From the NCBI GenBank assembly GCA_963751275.1, contig CAVVTZ010000011.1:256001-320000 (forward strand): a stretch of DNA of 64,000 bases, in the 5' to 3' direction. The position numbers and the translations under genes are program-made. The DNA comes from an uncultured Gemmatimonadaceae bacterium. Lineage in GTDB: Bacteria > Gemmatimonadota > Gemmatimonadetes > Gemmatimonadales > Gemmatimonadaceae. Numbering within the stretch: the stretch's first letter is position 1; every line of letters begins with the position of its first letter. Positions 59,135 through 64,000 of the stretch are shown one piece after another. The notes below the pieces were generated by a model. It searched no databases and was not told the DNA's origin. It saw only the letters and a list, made by a program, of their open reading frames with translations.

Positions 59135-60201
59135 GAGGGCCGTCGGCCCGCGAGCCGCTCCAGCTCCTTGACGATGCGCGCCAGCCGGCCGAGCGCCGCC
59201 TGCGCGACGAGCGTCTCACGATGCGGGCGCGCCAGCGTGCCCGACCACGTCTCGCCGGCGGGCACGTCGCTCGACACGCCGGATTGTCCGGCGATCTTGG
59301 CCTGCGCGCCGATGGTGAGATGCCCGCCCACGCCCACCTGCCCGCCCAGCACCGCGCCGTCGCCGACGACGGTCGAGCCGGAGATCCCGACCTGCGCCAC
59401 GATCAGGCAGAGCCGGCCGAGTCGCACGTTGTGCGCGATGTGCACGAGGTTGTCGATCTTGGTGCCCGCACCGATCACCGTGTCGTCGATGCTGCCTCGG
59501 TCGATCGCGCTGTTCGCGCCGATCTCCACGTCGTCCTCGATCAGACAGCGGCCCACGTGCGGGATCTTCTGGTGCGCGCCGGCGGCGTACACGTAGCCGA
59601 ATCCGTCGCTGCCGGCGCGTACCCCGGCGTGCAGGCGCACGCGCTGGCCCACGATGGTGCCCGGGTACAGCGTCACAGCGGACACGAGATGACTGTCATC
59701 ACCCACGCGCACGCCGTGCCCCACATCGCAGTGCGCGCCGACCACCACCCGGTCGCCGAGCTCCGCGCCGTCGCCGATCACGGCATAGGGGCCGACGGAG
59801 ATATCGCGGCCGAATCGCGCGCCGCGTCCGATGATCGCCGTCGGATGGATGCCGGCCGGCGCCGCGGCCGCGCGGTAGAGCGCCGGCAGCACCTTGAGCA
59901 TCGCCTCGTGCGGACGCTCGACGACGATGCGGCACACCGGGCCCGCTGCGTCCGCGAGATCCGGCGTCACGAGCACGACGCCGGCCGCCGAGCCCTTGAA
60001 CTCGTCGAGATAGGACGCGCTGCCGAGGAAGCTCAGGTCGTGGGCGGCGGCACGACGCAGCGGGGCGACCGCGCGCACCACGATGGCGCCGTCGCCGCGC
60101 AGCGTGCCGCCGACGCGCTGCGCGATCTCCGCCGCGGTGAGCGACGGCGATGCATCACCGGCGGTCCGAGGACCGCCGGTGGAGGGTGCCGGTGCCGTCA
60201 A
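59131..60201 (-). CDS. lpxD: UDP-3-O-acylglucosamine N-acyltransferase (start approximate)
   Basis: [52 protein letters not shown]. Confidence 0.95.
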   Translation of the reverse strand: MTAPAPSTGGPRTAGDASPSLTAAEIAQRVGGTLRGDGAIVVRAVAPLRRAAAHDLSFLGSASYLDEFKGSAAGVVLVTPDLADAAGPVCRIVVERPHEAMLKVLPALYRAAAAPAGIHPTAIIGRGARFGRDISVGPYAVIGDGAELGDRVVVGAHCDVGHGVRVGDDSHLVSAVTLYPGTIVGQRVRLHAGVRAGSDGFGYVYAAGAHQKIPHVGRCLIEDDVEIGANSAIDRGSIDDTVIGAGTKIDNLVHIAHNVRLGRLCLIVAQVGISGSTVVGDGAVLGGQVGVGGHLTIGAQAKIAGQSGVSSDVPAGETWSGTLARPHRETLVAQAALGRLARIVKELERLAGRRPS

Positions 60202-60842
60202 CGGCCTCGCGGCGGGTTCGGCGGCCGGCTGATGCCCGTCGGCTTCGCGGTCGCCGCCGGCGTCGGCGCGGCCGGCTTCACGGTGGTCGGCTTCGTGGCG
60301 CCCGCCTTCGGCGGACCGAGCGCCGCCAGGCGCGCGATCACCTTGTCCGTCAGGTCGAGCGTCGTGTCCACCGACACCACCACCCCCGACTGGCTGCCGG
60401 CATCCAGGATCACGGCATAGTTCCCTTCCGCGCGGAGTCCGTCGATCACGCCGCGGATCTGGTCCATGATCGGCTGCACGAGCTGCGCCTGACGCTGGGT
60501 GACCTTCCCTTCCATCTGCTGCGCGCGCTGCTGGTACTCCTGCTGCTTCGCCTTCAGCGCCATCTCGCGCTGCGTGCGCTGCGCCGGCGTCAGCGTCGCC
60601 TGCACCTTGGTGTATTCCTGCACCATGGCGCTCAGCGAGTCGCTCATGCGCTGCTCGGTGGCCTTCACGCCCTCCGTTTCCATGTCGATCGCCTGCTGCG
60701 CGTCGCTGAAGCCAGGCGCCGCCGGCAGGATGCGCTGGGAATTGACGTAGCCGATCTTCGTGGGCGCCTGCGCCGTCGCGCCGGCCGCCGCCAGAAGGGT
60801 GAGGGCGAATGCGCTGAGCGCGGCCCGGGAGAGGTTGGTCAT
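60198..60842 (-). CDS. skp: OmpH/Skp periplasmic chaperone
   Basis: Signal peptide, KIGYVNSQRIL, Gln-rich coiled coil, DLTDKVI; between bamA and lpxD. Confidence 0.88.
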   Translation of the reverse strand: MTNLSRAALSAFALTLLAAAGATAQAPTKIGYVNSQRILPAAPGFSDAQQAIDMETEGVKATEQRMSDSLSAMVQEYTKVQATLTPAQRTQREMALKAKQQEYQQRAQQMEGKVTQRQAQLVQPIMDQIRGVIDGLRAEGNYAVILDAGSQSGVVVSVDTTLDLTDKVIARLAALGPPKAGATKPTTVKPAAPTPAATAKPTGISRPPNPPRGR

Positions 60843-60858
60843 GATGGTCCCTGAAGGG

Positions 60859-63276
60859 TTATTGGATGATATTGCCGAGGCGGAAATGCAGTTGCCACGC
60901 TGGTGCCGGTTGATTGAAGGCGTTGGTCCGGTCGAAGCCGTAGCCATAATCCAGGCCGAGCGGTCCGAGCGGCGTGACGATCGAGATGCCCACGCCGGCG
61001 CCGCGGAAGAGGCGCGTGGGATCGAAATCCCGCGCGTCCGCGTACACGTTGCCGGCGTCGAAGAACAGGTCGCTGTAGACCATCGAGCTCCAACGCATGC
61101 CGAGCTCGGCGGTCATCGAGAAGAAAGAATTGCCGAACGACTGGATCTGCGCCTGCTGTGCGCTCAGCGGGGCGTAGCCGTGCGGCGTGATCGAGAAGGA
61201 GGGATAGCCGCGCAGCATCTCGCCGTACTGCGTGCCGCCCATCGTGAACAGCTGCGAATAGAAGAACGAGCCGGTGTTCCCGAAGACGAACCCGGTGCGG
61301 CCCGTGAGGCCGAGCACCAGCTTCATCGGCTGCGACGTGGGCGTGCCGCCGCCGATCGTGGCGAGCGTGTTGTAGCTGCTCACCTGGGCGGTGATGCGCT
61401 GGAAGTCCGCCGTGCCGCCGAGCGGTCCGCCGTTCAACTGGAGCGACACCGTTCGCATCGATCCGCCCGACGGGAACGGCATGTCCACGCGGTTGTCATG
61501 CGTGATCGTGAAGCCGAGCGTCGAGCGGAAGTCCACGTTCTGATTGATCGCGGTATCGCGGACGGCGACGCCGCCCGAGAACTGCACCGCCTCCGCACCG
61601 TAGGAGAGGAAGAAGCGCGTGAACGGCGAGCCGGCGATCGGGAAGCCGAACTGCAGCGAACCGCCGGTGCGGATGCTGTTGCCGAGGTCGGCAACGATGT
61701 ACTGCGTGCGCGTGTGGTAGGCCGCCATCGACGCCGAGATCCGCGTGTGATGGTAGGAAGGATCGGTGTAGGTGAGCTGGAAGTCATTGTTGTAGCGCCC
61801 GAACTGCCACTGGAGCGTGCCCTTCTTGCAGGTGCCGAACAGGTTGGGCTGGTCCAGGCCGATGAAACCGCCGACGCCCGTGCCCTGTCCCACCGACGCG
61901 CCGAAGTTGATCGTCCCGGTCTTCTTCTCCTTCACGTGGAAGATGATGTCCACGTCGCCCTGATCGTTCGCCGGCCGCGTATCGGGCGGCGGCAGCGGCG
62001 ACTCGAAGAAGCCCATGTTCTGGATGTTCTGGTAGCTGCGCAGCAGGCGGTCCTGGTTGAAGACGTCGCCGGGCAGGATCACCAGCTGCTCACGGATGCA
62101 GCCCTCGTTCGTGTAATCGTTGCCCGCGATGTCGATCCGGTTGATCGTCGCCGGGATCCGCTCGTCGATCTCCCACCGGAGGTTCACGACGTGCAGCGTG
62201 TCGTTCTTGGTCACGCGGTCGATCACCCCGCGGATCTGGGCGTAGATGTACCCCTCGTTGCTGTAGAGCGAACGCACGTGCGAGACGGCGTCATCCCACT
62301 CGCTCTCGTTGAAGGCGTACGGATCCGGCAGCTCGCCCTTCACCACGCTGAGCATGCGCGCCGTGATCGATGGCCCCTGCCCGGTGAACGGGTAGTACGC
62401 CATCAGCTCTTCCGTCGAGAAGTGGCGGTTGCCAATGATCTCGAAGCTGCCCACCCGGTATTTCACGCCCTCGCTCACGGTGATCTGGATCGCGCCCTTG
62501 CCGCTGACCGGATCGACGATCACGGTATCATCCAGGACCTGGAAATCGATGTAGCCGCGGTCGTGGTACAGCTTGATCAGGTGGTCGCCGATGTCGTTGG
62601 CCAGCTTGTCCTCATCGAGCTCGCCCGACTCCCAGAAGAAGAACCCCTCGGACTTCGTATCGAAGGACGCGAGGATCGTCGAGGTCTTGATCTGCTTGTT
62701 GCCGACGATCTGGATGGAGCTGATCGCCAGCCGGTGCCCCTCGGAGATGTCGAACGTGAGCTTCAACCGCCCGTCGGTGATCGAGGAATCCACCTTCACC
62801 GTGGCCAGGTAATAGCCCTTCTCGCGGTACGCGGAGTCGATCTTCGCCACCGCGAGCGCGACCAGCGCCGGGTCGACCGGGCGCCCGACGGGCACCTCGA
62901 TCTTGTCGCGCATGTTGCTCTTCGCGAACACCGTCGCGCCATTCACCGTGACGCCGGCGAGCAGCGGGCGCTCCACGACGTGCACGATGAGCGTCGCTCT
63001 GTTCGTGACCGGGTTGATGTCACAGTGCACCTGCACGTCGTCGAACTGCCCGGTGGCGTAGAGATTCTTGATCGCGCGCTGCACCACGCGGTAGTTCAGC
63101 GTGTCCCCCGCCTTCACGCCCGCATCCGCGATGATGATCGAGCGCGACACCCGAGAATTGCCCGTGAACGCGACCGAATCCGGGATGGCGCACGGCACCG
63201 CCGGGGCCTGAGCATGGGCGGCCATCGGCGCGAGCACCGCCATCAACACGAACAGAGTGGATTTGGCGCGAGACAT
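60859..63276 (-). CDS. bamA: Outer membrane protein assembly factor BamA
   Basis: Intact 805 aa; POTRA repeats (IKNLYATGQFDDV, I.GN), NLFG, LRGY, FFDAGNV, TPLGPLGLDYGYG, HFRLG. Confidence 0.95.
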   Translation of the reverse strand: MSRAKSTLFVLMAVLAPMAAHAQAPAVPCAIPDSVAFTGNSRVSRSIIIADAGVKAGDTLNYRVVQRAIKNLYATGQFDDVQVHCDINPVTNRATLIVHVVERPLLAGVTVNGATVFAKSNMRDKIEVPVGRPVDPALVALAVAKIDSAYREKGYYLATVKVDSSITDGRLKLTFDISEGHRLAISSIQIVGNKQIKTSTILASFDTKSEGFFFWESGELDEDKLANDIGDHLIKLYHDRGYIDFQVLDDTVIVDPVSGKGAIQITVSEGVKYRVGSFEIIGNRHFSTEELMAYYPFTGQGPSITARMLSVVKGELPDPYAFNESEWDDAVSHVRSLYSNEGYIYAQIRGVIDRVTKNDTLHVVNLRWEIDERIPATINRIDIAGNDYTNEGCIREQLVILPGDVFNQDRLLRSYQNIQNMGFFESPLPPPDTRPANDQGDVDIIFHVKEKKTGTINFGASVGQGTGVGGFIGLDQPNLFGTCKKGTLQWQFGRYNNDFQLTYTDPSYHHTRISASMAAYHTRTQYIVADLGNSIRTGGSLQFGFPIAGSPFTRFFLSYGAEAVQFSGGVAVRDTAINQNVDFRSTLGFTITHDNRVDMPFPSGGSMRTVSLQLNGGPLGGTADFQRITAQVSSYNTLATIGGGTPTSQPMKLVLGLTGRTGFVFGNTGSFFYSQLFTMGGTQYGEMLRGYPSFSITPHGYAPLSAQQAQIQSFGNSFFSMTAELGMRWSSMVYSDLFFDAGNVYADARDFDPTRLFRGAGVGISIVTPLGPLGLDYGYGFDRTNAFNQPAPAWQLHFRLGNIIQ

Positions 63277-63356
63277 TCTCTAAAGATACACGCGAAACGG
63301 CCGAATGGCCCACCTGAGGGTCACTCGGCCGTTCCGCCGTCGAAGGGCGGAAGGAT

Positions 63357-64000
<644 letters not shown>

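Overview
High-GC, gene-dense core-genome segment of a diderm bacterium; gene order and content (fab cluster followed by futalosine mqnE-mqnA-mqnC, fused lpxC-fabZ, bshC, clpC-bamA-skp-lpxD) suggest Gemmatimonadota or a related FCB lineage (inference, no search run). The window is centred on a sharp gene-polarity switch: 31 of 32 CDS left of ~32.3 kb are on +, and all 30 CDS plus a tRNA-Arg to the right are on -. At the convergence point lies a 28-bp XerC/XerD dif-like site (32444-32471), so this is very probably the replication terminus; xerD lies ~22 kb away. Left arm: fatty-acid synthesis, futalosine menaquinone genes, ispF, xerD, Kdo/LPS-export genes, rpoN, a surface-glycosylation locus, dapF. 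Right arm: tRNA-Arg(CCU), apt, pcm/surE, gpsA-plsY-der, larC, thrC, uvrC, murJ, bshC, gdh, lipid A genes, skp, bamA, clpC. Less explained signals: three unrelated long intergenic palindromes built from 9-mer or 7/14-mer repeats, DnaA-box-like motifs next to dif, an LptB with a ~155-aa N-terminal extension, a CX5CX2C motif in MqnE, and repeated leaderless-type promoters. About half of the genes carry indel frameshifts, almost certainly assembly or consensus errors, so boundaries of those genes are approximate. No CRISPR array, transposase, prophage or rRNA was seen.
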